This document shows, one piece after another, positions 44,957 through 53,789 of a stretch of DNA of 64,000 nucleotides. Each line of letters begins with the position of its first letter. Within the stretch, counting starts at the first letter, position 1. The position numbers were made by a program, and so were the translations under genes. Below the pieces are notes generated by a model. That model saw only the letters and a list, made by a program, of their open reading frames with translations, had not been told where the DNA came from and searched no databases. The DNA comes from Acidimicrobiia bacterium (GTDB lineage: Bacteria; Actinomycetota; Acidimicrobiia; Spongiisociales; SHLN01), in contig JBFIPU010000005.1 of assembly GCA_041609995.1 (NCBI GenBank), positions 5,058 to 69,057 of the forward strand, given 5' to 3'.

Positions 44957-47038
44957 ATGATGAAGCGCATGACGATGACAGCAGCCCTGGCGGTGGCGGT
45001 GTTGATGGCTGCTCCCGCTATCGCCAACGAGGGACAGGGCGACGAGGTCGGATTCTTCGATCCGACGACAGGAATCTGGTCGATGCCCGGACAGGAGCCG
45101 TTCTATTTCGGCGACCCGGGCGACAAGCCGATGAGCTGTGATTGGGATGGGGACGGGCTGGCATCGGTGGGCCAGTACCGCGACACCACCGGGTTCCTGT
45201 ATCTGAGCAACGACAATGCGACCGGATTCGCCGATACCTCGATCTTCTATGGCGTGCCGGGTGACATGCCGGTCTGCGGTGACTGGAATGGTGACGGCGT
45301 CGAGACGATCGGGATCTATCGCAGTTCCGAGAACCTCTTCTACCTCCGGAACTCGAACACCCAGGGGGTGGCCGACGTGGTGTATGCGATCGGGGCCTGG
45401 AACGGCGGCATTCCGTTTGCCGGCGACTTCGACGGAGACGGGATCGACACCGTCGGCGTTCTGGATCCGAACACCGGTTACTACCAGCTGGGTCTGCCAG
45501 ACGGTGGATTCCACACCGAGGGCTACTTCGGCACCGGGGCGGACTACCTCATCTTCGGCGACTGGGATGGCGATGGCGACGATGACTTCGGGGTCTACCG
45601 GCCTGAGATCTCGGCGTTCTTGCTGTCAACACACGACGGAACCGCCGAGTTGATCCTCGAGGCTCCTGCTGACGGCCGCCTGCCGATCACCGGCAACTGG
45701 ATCGGCGAGGCGGGGTTGCGCTCCTTCGGCGGTTCGCTGCCCATCGAGCCCCGGCCTCAGCCGGTCCCCACCCCCAACCCGGCACCTCCGAGCGATTGGG
45801 TGCCGGCGAGCCCCGACGAGTCCGCCGACAGTGGGCTGGAGGTTCCCACCGGTGGCATTCAGGCACGGCCGGGTGACGACCTCAATTCGCTGGTGCGAAA
45901 CGCCGGTGCCGGCGCGACGATCGTGCTGAGTCCGGGGACGTACTACGGACAGACCATCGAGCCCCTTTCGAATCAGACGATCGTGGGGCCGGGTGCGGTG
46001 CTGGACGGCCGGGGAGCCGAGTTCGCGGTGCGGGGTCGTGATGGCGCCAGCAACGTGCGTCTGGTCGGTTTCGAGGTCAAGAACTACTCGCCTGGCAAAC
46101 ACCACGGGGCCATCGATTTCCGCTCAACCGAGTACCACGGCGCCGGGTTCGGCCCCCAGACCAATTGGATCCTGGAGGATCTCAACGTTCACCACAACTA
46201 CGGCGATGGCGTATTCGTGGGCGACGGTGGCCGTCTCTACAACGTGGTCTCGACCGACAACCACTGGCTCGGATTCGGTGCTCATGGCCGCAACATCGGC
46301 ATCTTCGGCGGAGAGGTCGCCCGCAACTCACAATCCCTCGGCGACCACGATGTCAACGACCATGCCGGCGGCATGAAGTTCGTGAAGGTCGAGGACGTCG
46401 TGGTCTCGGGTCTCTACTCCCACGACAACGGCGGACCGGGCATCTGGTTTGACATCACCGCCCGGGACGTGATCATCGAGAACAGCCTTGCCACCGACAA
46501 CCAGCGCAACGGCATCTTCTACGAGATCAGCTATGACGCCGTGATACGCAACAACACAGTGTTGCGCAACGGATGGGGAGACCCCGATTTTGTGAGCGGC
46601 GATCCCTGGTTGTGGGGCTCGGGGATTCTGATCGGGACCAGCCGCAACGTGACGGTCGAGGATAACTACATCGCTGATTCGGCCGGCGGTATCGCCATCC
46701 ACGACATGCCCCACCGGCAGGGTGAGCGATACGACGTGCAGGCCTGGTACCGGGACGGGCGCGACTACGCCGGAGTCGACAACGTCGTACGCGGCAACAC
46801 GATCGTGAACTCCGGTAGGACCGGGGCCGCCGCCGGCGGAAACGACGCCTGGTCGGCAGCGGCATTCGATCGCAATACCTTCGAGGACAACGAGTACCTG
46901 GGAGGAGAATTCTGGTGGCGCAACAGTGGCGGCCGCTTATACGGCGAGTCGTACAGCTGGAGCCGATGGCAGTCTGCCGGCAACGACCTCGGCGGACAGG
47001 TTCTTTCGGTGGCGCCGGGGGTCCCGAGCCGACCCTGA
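44957..47038 (+). CDS. Secreted protein: 4 FG-GAP/VCBS-like repeats + Pro-rich linker + right-handed parallel beta-helix domain
   Basis: Signal peptide 'AALAVAVLMAAPAIANE'. Repeats carry 'CDWDGDG', 'GDWNGDG', 'GDFDGDG' and 'GDWDGDGDDD'. PbH1-type repeats include 'GPGIWFD...NGIFYEISYDAVIRNN'. ATG 44957 has GGAG 6 nt upstream (listed TTG 44954). Confidence 0.75.
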   Translation: MMKRMTMTAALAVAVLMAAPAIANEGQGDEVGFFDPTTGIWSMPGQEPFYFGDPGDKPMSCDWDGDGLASVGQYRDTTGFLYLSNDNATGFADTSIFYGVPGDMPVCGDWNGDGVETIGIYRSSENLFYLRNSNTQGVADVVYAIGAWNGGIPFAGDFDGDGIDTVGVLDPNTGYYQLGLPDGGFHTEGYFGTGADYLIFGDWDGDGDDDFGVYRPEISAFLLSTHDGTAELILEAPADGRLPITGNWIGEAGLRSFGGSLPIEPRPQPVPTPNPAPPSDWVPASPDESADSGLEVPTGGIQARPGDDLNSLVRNAGAGATIVLSPGTYYGQTIEPLSNQTIVGPGAVLDGRGAEFAVRGRDGASNVRLVGFEVKNYSPGKHHGAIDFRSTEYHGAGFGPQTNWILEDLNVHHNYGDGVFVGDGGRLYNVVSTDNHWLGFGAHGRNIGIFGGEVARNSQSLGDHDVNDHAGGMKFVKVEDVVVSGLYSHDNGGPGIWFDITARDVIIENSLATDNQRNGIFYEISYDAVIRNNTVLRNGWGDPDFVSGDPWLWGSGILIGTSRNVTVEDNYIADSAGGIAIHDMPHRQGERYDVQAWYRDGRDYAGVDNVVRGNTIVNSGRTGAAAGGNDAWSAAAFDRNTFEDNEYLGGEFWWRNSGGRLYGESYSWSRWQSAGNDLGGQVLSVAPGVPSRP

Positions 47039-47221
47039 CCCAGCCCGATCACATAGGGACCGCCGGCGCAGCAGAACCGGCCGACCTGCCACGTCGGACC
47101 CGACAGCGCTGCGGCTGTTGGGTCCGCTCCGCGTCCCGACGGCTCCCATCAGCACCGGGCCGGCGCGGCGACCCGTGCGGTCGATGATGGACAACATTCC
47201 GTCCCGGGATACCCTTATGGG

Positions 47222-48733
47222 GTGGAACGTCAGCGGTGGTTATTCGGGCTTGTGGCCGTTGGCGTCCTTGTTCTCATCGCCGCCGCAATATCGACGAGCG
47301 ATGACACGCCGATCCCGGCCGCGGCCAGTGGCGCCGTCACGTCGTCGACGGTCGCCCCGGCCTCCTCGGCGGTGACCCCGACCTCGACTGTCGCCGAAGA
47401 CACGTTCATCAGGATCACGCCGGACTCGGACCCGGCCTCAGTGGTGGCCGACAGCCCCGAGGGCTCCTGGTTCGTGTTTGAACCCGGGGTTTACCGCCAT
47501 GTGAGCATCCGACCGAAGGAAGGCCAGGTTTTTGAGGCCCGGCCGGGGGTCGTCCTGACGGGGGCCAGGCTGCTGTCGGGGTTTGTCCAGGACGGGCAGC
47601 GCTGGTTCGTGGACGGACAAACCCAGCAAGAGTGGCAGCACGGCCAGTGCTTCGACTCCCATCCCCGGTGCGGTCACCCCGAGGACGTTTTCATGGACGG
47701 CGTGCTGCAGACCCACGTGGCCGCGCTCGATCTGGTGGGTCCCGGATCCTGGTTTTTCGACTACGACGCAGACCGCATCTACGTCGGCACCGACCCCGGT
47801 GGAAGGCTGGTGGAGACGTCGGTGACCCGCCAGGCCTTCAACAGCGATGCCGACGCTGTCGAGATTCGCGGATTCACCATCGAGAAATACGCCAACCAGG
47901 CACAACACGGGGTCATTGACAGCCGGCTCGACAACCGGGCCGACAGCGCCCGGGGCGACGCCTGGATCGTCGAATCCAATGTGATACGGCACAACCACGG
48001 GACAGGCATCGTCGTGAGCGACCTGGCGGTGGTCCGTGACAACGTGATCACCGCCAACGGCCAGCTCGGGATCACGGCCTACGGACGTGACGTCGTCGTC
48101 GAAGACAACGAGATCTCGACCAACAACACGGCCGGGTTCGACTACAGCTGGGAAGGCGGCGGCTCGAAGTTCAAACGTACGCAGGGCCTGCAGCTCCTGG
48201 ACAACCTGGTGCGTGACAACTTCGGTCCGGGACTGTGGACGGACATCGACAACGTCGACTCGGTCATCGCCGGCAACGTCGTTCTGGACAACGCTTACAT
48301 CGGCATCTTTCACGAGATCAGCTACGACGCAGTGATCCGGGACAACCTCGTGGAAGGAAACGGCTTTCATTTCACGGTCGACCTGTGGGGAGCCGGGATC
48401 ACCGTCGCCGCCTCGCCGAATGTCGAGGTCGTCGGTAACACCGTCCGCGCCAACGCCGGGGGCATCGTCGGCATCCAGCAGAACCGATTCGATGCACCGG
48501 CCAGTTTCGGTCCCGTCGAGATCGAGAACCTGCACGTCCACAGCAATGTGGTCGAGATGGAACAGGGATTCACCGGGCTCAGGCAGGAGGTCGGTGACGG
48601 CTCCTACTACACGTCGCGCAACAACCGATTCGAGTCGAATCAGTATGTGTTGTCCCAGGATGACCCGGCGTGGTTCTACTGGAACGACCGCCCGATCACG
48701 CTGGGCGAATGGGAATCCCTCGGGCTCGGCTAG
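47222..48733 (+). CDS. Membrane-anchored/secreted right-handed parallel beta-helix repeat protein (paralog of the preceding C-domain)
   Basis: N-terminal TM/signal 'LFGLVAVGVLVLIAAAI'. PbH1 repeats 'NHGTGIVVSD...NGQLGITAYG...' and the shared motif 'GPGLWTD...IGIFHEISYDAVIRDN'. Confidence 0.75.
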   Translation: MERQRWLFGLVAVGVLVLIAAAISTSDDTPIPAAASGAVTSSTVAPASSAVTPTSTVAEDTFIRITPDSDPASVVADSPEGSWFVFEPGVYRHVSIRPKEGQVFEARPGVVLTGARLLSGFVQDGQRWFVDGQTQQEWQHGQCFDSHPRCGHPEDVFMDGVLQTHVAALDLVGPGSWFFDYDADRIYVGTDPGGRLVETSVTRQAFNSDADAVEIRGFTIEKYANQAQHGVIDSRLDNRADSARGDAWIVESNVIRHNHGTGIVVSDLAVVRDNVITANGQLGITAYGRDVVVEDNEISTNNTAGFDYSWEGGGSKFKRTQGLQLLDNLVRDNFGPGLWTDIDNVDSVIAGNVVLDNAYIGIFHEISYDAVIRDNLVEGNGFHFTVDLWGAGITVAASPNVEVVGNTVRANAGGIVGIQQNRFDAPASFGPVEIENLHVHSNVVEMEQGFTGLRQEVGDGSYYTSRNNRFESNQYVLSQDDPAWFYWNDRPITLGEWESLGLG

Positions 48734-48752
48734 GGCGGGATCGGTGTTGGTG

Positions 48753-50618
48753 TCAGCCGGACGAGCGGTTGATGCGCTCGACCCGTGTCCGGCGGCGGCC
48801 TCCGTTGGGACCAGCCGTGGGCGAGGCCGAACCGCCCGACGAGGCCGGCCGGCCGTCTCCGGAACCGAGGATGTCGGCCAGGGATCCTTCCGTGAGCAAT
48901 TGATCAGCGCGCAAGGGTGAGCGGTTGTACACGTAGCCCACGGAGCCGGTTCCGATGAAATTCAACCGATCGACCATCTCCTCCAGGTCGCTCACCGGGC
49001 CGTTGTGACATACGACGAGCATGGCGGCATCGGCGAAACGGGCGATGCTCGAGGCGTAGGCCACGTGGAGCAATGGCGGTGTGTCGATCAAGATCACGTC
49101 GTACTCGTCCCTGATGGACTCGAAGAACACCCTGGTCGCAGCCGACCGGAAGAAGTTGGCGGCCACGACCGGGCGCTGTCCCCGGCTCAAAAGGCCGAGC
49201 GTGGTGCCGTCCGCCACCGGTACGTTGGTCACAGCCTGCCGCAAGGGCATGCCGGAGTCGACGGCTTCGGTCAATCCGGCCGGAGGGGGGATCTCGCCCA
49301 CGAGCGATCTCGTCAGCGACTGGTTCCCGAAGTCGGCGTCCACTACCAGGACCCGGTTCCCTTCGCGGGCGGCAGCCATGGCGGTATTCGCCACTACCGT
49401 CGACTTGCCGTCGTCGAGTGCACCCGACACGACGACAATCATGTTGGCATCGGCCGCTGCCAGTTGGATGTCGAGGGCGGCAGCTGCAAAACGGAACGCT
49501 TCGGCGGCCCTCGTCGTGGGGGCCTCTTGAACCGGTAGATCGGTGGTGACGTGCTCCATTTCAAAGTCCGGGATCTCCGATATCAACGGGACGCCGGTGA
49601 TCATCTCGGGTTCGCCTCGGTGTGAGAAGCTGCGCCGGTTGACGGCGAACGCGTACGTGACCGCCAGCGCCGCCAGGACACCGACAACGCCGCCGAGCAC
49701 GCCCGCCTTGGCCAGCTCACGGCCGTTCCCCTTGGGGACGCTCACCTCCGAGGCCTGGAAGAACGCTTGCCCCTCTGCCAGCGCACTGTCGATCTCGATC
49801 TGGTCCTTTGTCGTGGTGAGGGTCGAACGCCGGTCGATCGTCTGATCGAGTTCGCGGACGAGCGGGGTCAGGTCGGGCCGCGAGGAATCGGCCGCCTGTA
49901 CAGACTGGTAGGTGTCCACCTGCAGCTTGAGGCGGTTCAGCTCGGCGTCGATCTCCGCTGCCTCTTCCGGCGTGAGGTTTCCGGCGAGTTGGTCTTGCAG
50001 GGACACGATACGGGCGACGGTTGCCTCGAATTGTTGGTCGAGCTCGGTGCGAGAGGTGGCCGTCTCTCCCTGGATCTCCAACTGCAGTTCGGCGATACGC
50101 TGGTCGAGTTGCTCGATCGTGGCGTTCAGTTCGGCGATGGCGGCACTCGAGCGGGTTGCGATTTGTTCCGCCCGCACCTCTCGATACGAGTCCACCATGG
50201 CTTGGGTGAGATCGATGGCGAGCTGCTCATCCTTGTAGTTCACGCCGATAGAGATCTGATTGTTCGAACGGTCCGCCTCGACCGTCAGCAGCTCTTCCGC
50301 CAGTTCTTCGGCATCGACCTCGAGCGCCGGCTCGACAGATCGGACCTTGTCGAGCGCCCGCTCGCGAACCAGCAGCGACTGCAGCAACTGGACCTGATCG
50401 GCGACGTAGCGTTCGGCCGCGTCGGTCGAACCGGCAGTTTCGAACACCGCCGATGCCCCCGGGTCGACGATGATCTCGGCGTTGGCCCGGAATACCGGAT
50501 TCGAGAGCCAGGCGAAGGCGATTCCCGTCAGTACACCGCCGAAGATGACAGCCGCAGCCAGCCAACGGTAGCGCCAAAGCGCCGACGGAATAGTCGGTTC
50601 CAGCGTGTTGTGTTCCAT
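48753..50618 (-). CDS. Polysaccharide co-polymerase + BY-kinase-like ATPase (Wzc-like), paralog 2
   Basis: 'WRYRWLAAAV' TM1, a coiled-coil and the ATPase 'SGALDDGKST', 'LVVDADFGN', 'ILIDTPPLL'. The Gly/Ser/Arg tail has no Tyr cluster. ATG 50618 was chosen over the listed 50681. Confidence 0.8.
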   Translation of the reverse strand: MEHNTLEPTIPSALWRYRWLAAAVIFGGVLTGIAFAWLSNPVFRANAEIIVDPGASAVFETAGSTDAAERYVADQVQLLQSLLVRERALDKVRSVEPALEVDAEELAEELLTVEADRSNNQISIGVNYKDEQLAIDLTQAMVDSYREVRAEQIATRSSAAIAELNATIEQLDQRIAELQLEIQGETATSRTELDQQFEATVARIVSLQDQLAGNLTPEEAAEIDAELNRLKLQVDTYQSVQAADSSRPDLTPLVRELDQTIDRRSTLTTTKDQIEIDSALAEGQAFFQASEVSVPKGNGRELAKAGVLGGVVGVLAALAVTYAFAVNRRSFSHRGEPEMITGVPLISEIPDFEMEHVTTDLPVQEAPTTRAAEAFRFAAAALDIQLAAADANMIVVVSGALDDGKSTVVANTAMAAAREGNRVLVVDADFGNQSLTRSLVGEIPPPAGLTEAVDSGMPLRQAVTNVPVADGTTLGLLSRGQRPVVAANFFRSAATRVFFESIRDEYDVILIDTPPLLHVAYASSIARFADAAMLVVCHNGPVSDLEEMVDRLNFIGTGSVGYVYNRSPLRADQLLTEGSLADILGSGDGRPASSGGSASPTAGPNGGRRRTRVERINRSSG

Positions 50619-50762
50619 GGATCCCTTTTGACGAGTGGCGGCGAACCACGATCTACCAATTATCGGATCGCATTGCGCCACGATTGAGAAGCTTCCGCGC
50701 CGAGCCCTACCCCGGATTCATCAGCATATCGCCTCCGGTCGACCTGTGTTCGGCCAAGCCGG

Positions 50763-51926
50763 TCAGGTCCCGGGTTCGTTTTCGTCCTCGTCCCCGTCCT
50801 CGTCCAATGTGTGGTTTTCGTCCTCACCGAACAGGCCGGGGTGATCCAGGGTGGTCCGGGCCGCCCACCCGACCGGGTCCTCGAGCTCGGCCTCGGACGG
50901 CAGGTTCTCTGGCTTGATCCAGGCCGCCGACAAGGCCTCGGTCCCGAGCCGATCCGCCACATCTCGACAGAACTTGGCGGCCTTCCGGTAGTGGCGGCGG
51001 TCGATGTCGAGCGCCAGCAGGTTCAGCAGCATCTGCTCGCCCTGGGAGGGGGCGGCCAGGCGCCGATCAAACGCCTCACGGATGACGTCGAGGTCGGTGA
51101 CAACGCCCTCCATCGCGTCGAGGCGATAGTCCGCATATCCGGCCACGAACGACGCCAGCGCTCGAATGGCTGCAACATCTTCTTCCTGGTGCGGTCCGGT
51201 CAGGATCCCGGACAACGAGCCGGGGTTGTTGAAGGTCGCTTCGATATCGGCCGGATCCGGCATGCCGCCGAGGCCCCCCAGGTTCTCGAACCGACCCATC
51301 AGCGCGGTGGGATCGATTTCGAGATCGGCGAGGTATTGGCCCAAGAGGGTCGACCAATGATCTGCCAGCCACGGCACTCCGTACTCGGCCGCCGTGATCC
51401 GCTCCATGGCCAGCGCCCACAGCCGAACCTGGTCGACATCGAGTTCGTGGTCGGCAGCGAAGCTCTCGACGTTGGCGGCCACGAGCTCCTGGCTGCCGCC
51501 GAAGAGCGGGAAGAGCGAGTCGAAATGGCCCATCGTGCGCTGCGCCAACATGCCCATCAAGGATCCCGCCTGCATGCCGACCAGAGCGGGCGCCAGGCCC
51601 TCCAAGGGGAGTGGTGTCGGCTCGTCACCGCCCATCGATCGCTTCATCAGGTCGGCCAATGGCTCGAGCAGATAGGCGAGACCCTTCAAGTTCGCGGTCA
51701 GGAACTGACTGGAGGTGACCAGCCTCGCCCGGTCCGTCGGTGTGGCGAGCGGGGAAACGTCGTCGAGGTGAAGCTCCACCACCCGGTAAAGGGGCTCGTA
51801 TCGGTCAGGGCTCGGCACGCCCGGGGGTGTGCCGAGGACGCTCTTGGCCATCTCTTCGGCGAGCCGCCAGTTCACCGGTCCGGGGCTCGACAGCATCTCT
51901 GCGAACTGCTCGAAAATATTGTCCAT
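50763..51926 (-). CDS. Zincin-like (DUF2342/Zincin_2-type) protein with apparently degenerate metal-binding motif
   Basis: 387 aa. The region 'VRLWALAMERITAAEYGVPWLADH' aligns by eye with the family's 'lWlalHExxH..F.avPWL' block. Acidic tail 'EDENHTLDEDGDEDENE'. The start overlaps the htrA stop by 1 nt. Confidence 0.5.
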   Translation of the reverse strand: MDNIFEQFAEMLSSPGPVNWRLAEEMAKSVLGTPPGVPSPDRYEPLYRVVELHLDDVSPLATPTDRARLVTSSQFLTANLKGLAYLLEPLADLMKRSMGGDEPTPLPLEGLAPALVGMQAGSLMGMLAQRTMGHFDSLFPLFGGSQELVAANVESFAADHELDVDQVRLWALAMERITAAEYGVPWLADHWSTLLGQYLADLEIDPTALMGRFENLGGLGGMPDPADIEATFNNPGSLSGILTGPHQEEDVAAIRALASFVAGYADYRLDAMEGVVTDLDVIREAFDRRLAAPSQGEQMLLNLLALDIDRRHYRKAAKFCRDVADRLGTEALSAAWIKPENLPSEAELEDPVGWAARTTLDHPGLFGEDENHTLDEDGDEDENEPGT

Positions 51927-53332
51927 CAGCTTCGGTTCCCCAGCGTGACGTCGAGGGAACTGTCGGTTTCCCCGTTTCGCAAATAGTCGATGGTCACCGT
52001 TTGGTCGGCCGAATAGCGGCGTAGCCGCGAGATCAGCTCCTGCATCGTGTCGACGGGGTGGCCGTCGACCGTCGTGATGACATCTCCCGCTTCCAGCCCC
52101 GCCGCACCGGCTGCTGAAGGGCTGAGGATTTCGACGACCTCCACGCCGATCGGGCGCTGGCCCTGATCCTGGGTGGCTCGAAACTTCGTCCCGCCATTGA
52201 TGCCGAGGAATCCGTGGGTGCTGGAGCCCGTTGCGATGATCTCGTCGACCACCCGTTGGACGATTTCGACCGGTGTGGCGAAACCGAGCCCTTCGGCACC
52301 GATGTCGCTCACGGCGACCGCCGTCGTGATGCCGATCAGGCGCCCATCCCGGTCTACGAGGGAACCGCCGCTCGATCCTCGCGTGAAGGGAGCATCCGTC
52401 TGCAGCATTCCGTACAGGGTCTCGGCCTCGGTCGCTCCCTCCACCCTCCGATCAAGGGCCGAAATGATCCCCTCGGTCACGGTGGGCGTGCCGATCAGGG
52501 CCAGCGGATTTCCGATCGCATAGGCGGGATCTCCCACCACCACGGAGTCGGTTTCTCCGATTTCGACCTGGGTCAAACCGCCGGCGTCGATGTCGATGAC
52601 AGCCAGATCGGTGAGTGTGTCGGTGCCGAGGATTCGACCCTGATACGTTCGTCCGTCTGCCAGTACGACCTCGACCGTCAGAGCTCCGTCGACGACATGT
52701 TCGTTGGTGATCACGTACCCCTCGTCCTGGTCGTAGATCACCCCGGAGCCGGATCCTCCCGCCAGGCGCACGGTCACGATGGCCGGGGTCACTTTTCCGG
52801 CGATGGCTGCTGCGATCGTGCTTTCGACTTCGGTCGGGGTCGCGATTTCGGTTCGGACCGTTTCGATGACCTGGACGGGTCGATCCAGCGCTCCGGCGAA
52901 CAACAGGACCGCAAAGGTCGCCACGGCTCCCAACAACCCGCCGAGCACGGCCACCTTGAGCCCCGATGGACCGTTCGTTCGGGGCCGGCTCCCGTGTTCC
53001 CATCTCGCCAACTGGCCCGGCACGGGCGTCTCAGCGATCGGCGGCGCTTCAAACCCCCTGGCAACTTGCAGGTGGACCGGTGGCGTGGGGGGAAGCTCGG
53101 GGATCGGGGCAGGCGAACGGGCCGGGTCAAATCCGCCGTACAAGTCCTCGAGGCGGCGCGACGTGCTCACGGCTTCGTCGATGTCCTCGTAACGGGAGTC
53201 GTCCTCGTATTCATTGCGGTCGTCGTGCTCGATGTACTCGTGGTTCGTCGGCCCGAAGCCACCAATAGTGGCCGGAGGCTCGATCGCCGGCGGTTCGGGG
53301 GCGTCGGGAGAGGGCGCGGTAGGCTCAGTCAT
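51926..53332 (-). CDS. htrA: HtrA/DegP-family serine protease with PDZ domain
   Basis: Triad contexts 'ITNEHVV', 'DLAVIDI', 'RGSSGGSLV'. PDZ 'GVEVVEILSPSAAGAAGLEAGDVITTVDG'. N-terminal Pro-rich region plus a TM. ATG 53332 was chosen to avoid overlap with the divergent moaE. Confidence 0.85.
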   Translation of the reverse strand: MTEPTAPSPDAPEPPAIEPPATIGGFGPTNHEYIEHDDRNEYEDDSRYEDIDEAVSTSRRLEDLYGGFDPARSPAPIPELPPTPPVHLQVARGFEAPPIAETPVPGQLARWEHGSRPRTNGPSGLKVAVLGGLLGAVATFAVLLFAGALDRPVQVIETVRTEIATPTEVESTIAAAIAGKVTPAIVTVRLAGGSGSGVIYDQDEGYVITNEHVVDGALTVEVVLADGRTYQGRILGTDTLTDLAVIDIDAGGLTQVEIGETDSVVVGDPAYAIGNPLALIGTPTVTEGIISALDRRVEGATEAETLYGMLQTDAPFTRGSSGGSLVDRDGRLIGITTAVAVSDIGAEGLGFATPVEIVQRVVDEIIATGSSTHGFLGINGGTKFRATQDQGQRPIGVEVVEILSPSAAGAAGLEAGDVITTVDGHPVDTMQELISRLRRYSADQTVTIDYLRNGETDSSLDVTLGNRS

Positions 53333-53347
53333 GCGTAACGAAAAGTC

Positions 53348-53372
53348 TACGTTGGAGTCGTAATTGAGTTCC
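53348..53372 (-). promoter_or_regulatory. Possible SigE-type promoter upstream of htrA (GGAAC-N16-CGTA)
   Basis: The minus strand reads 'GGAAC tcaattacgactccaa CGTA', ending 16 nt upstream of the htrA ATG 53332. The -10 deviates from CGTT, and the element lies within the first codons of moaE. Confidence 0.3.
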
Positions 53373-53789
53373 GCGGTCCTCGTTCGGGTTTCCGAAGAGC
53401 CCATCGATGAGTCCGACATCCGGTCGTTCCTGGCAGACGACGCCGCCGGGGCGATCGTCATGTTCTCCGGCACTGTGCGAAACCATTCGCCCGGCAGGCT
53501 AGGAGTGACCCACCTCGATTATGAGACCTACGCGGAGCGCGTCGTGCCCAGCATCGAGAAGATCGTCGACGAGGTCAGAGAGAAATGGCATGTGCTGAAG
53601 GCGGCCGTCGTTCATCGATCTGGTCGGGTCGAAGTCGGCGAATCCTCGGTCACGGTCGGGGTGAGCGCTCCCCACCGGGCTGATGCGTTCGAGGCAGCCC
53701 GGTACCTGATCGACGAGGTGAAGGGTCGGGCTCCGATCTGGAAACAAGAGCATTGGTCGGGCGGCTCAGAGTGGATCGAGGGCTCCTGA
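53364..53789 (+). CDS. moaE: Molybdopterin synthase catalytic subunit
   Basis: 'GAIVMFSGTVRN', 'LDYETYAE', 'VGESSVTVGVSAPHRADAFEAARYLIDEVKGRAPIWKQE'. TTG is the only plausible start. Confidence 0.9.
   Translation: MSSAVLVRVSEEPIDESDIRSFLADDAAGAIVMFSGTVRNHSPGRLGVTHLDYETYAERVVPSIEKIVDEVREKWHVLKAAVVHRSGRVEVGESSVTVGVSAPHRADAFEAARYLIDEVKGRAPIWKQEHWSGGSEWIEGS

Noticed and set aside
33140-50618. The glycan locus as a mobile genomic island
   Set aside because: I could see no integrase, transposase, flanking tRNA or direct repeats. Codon usage and GC look similar to the flanks by eye. Only compositional statistics or comparative genomics could establish horizontal origin.
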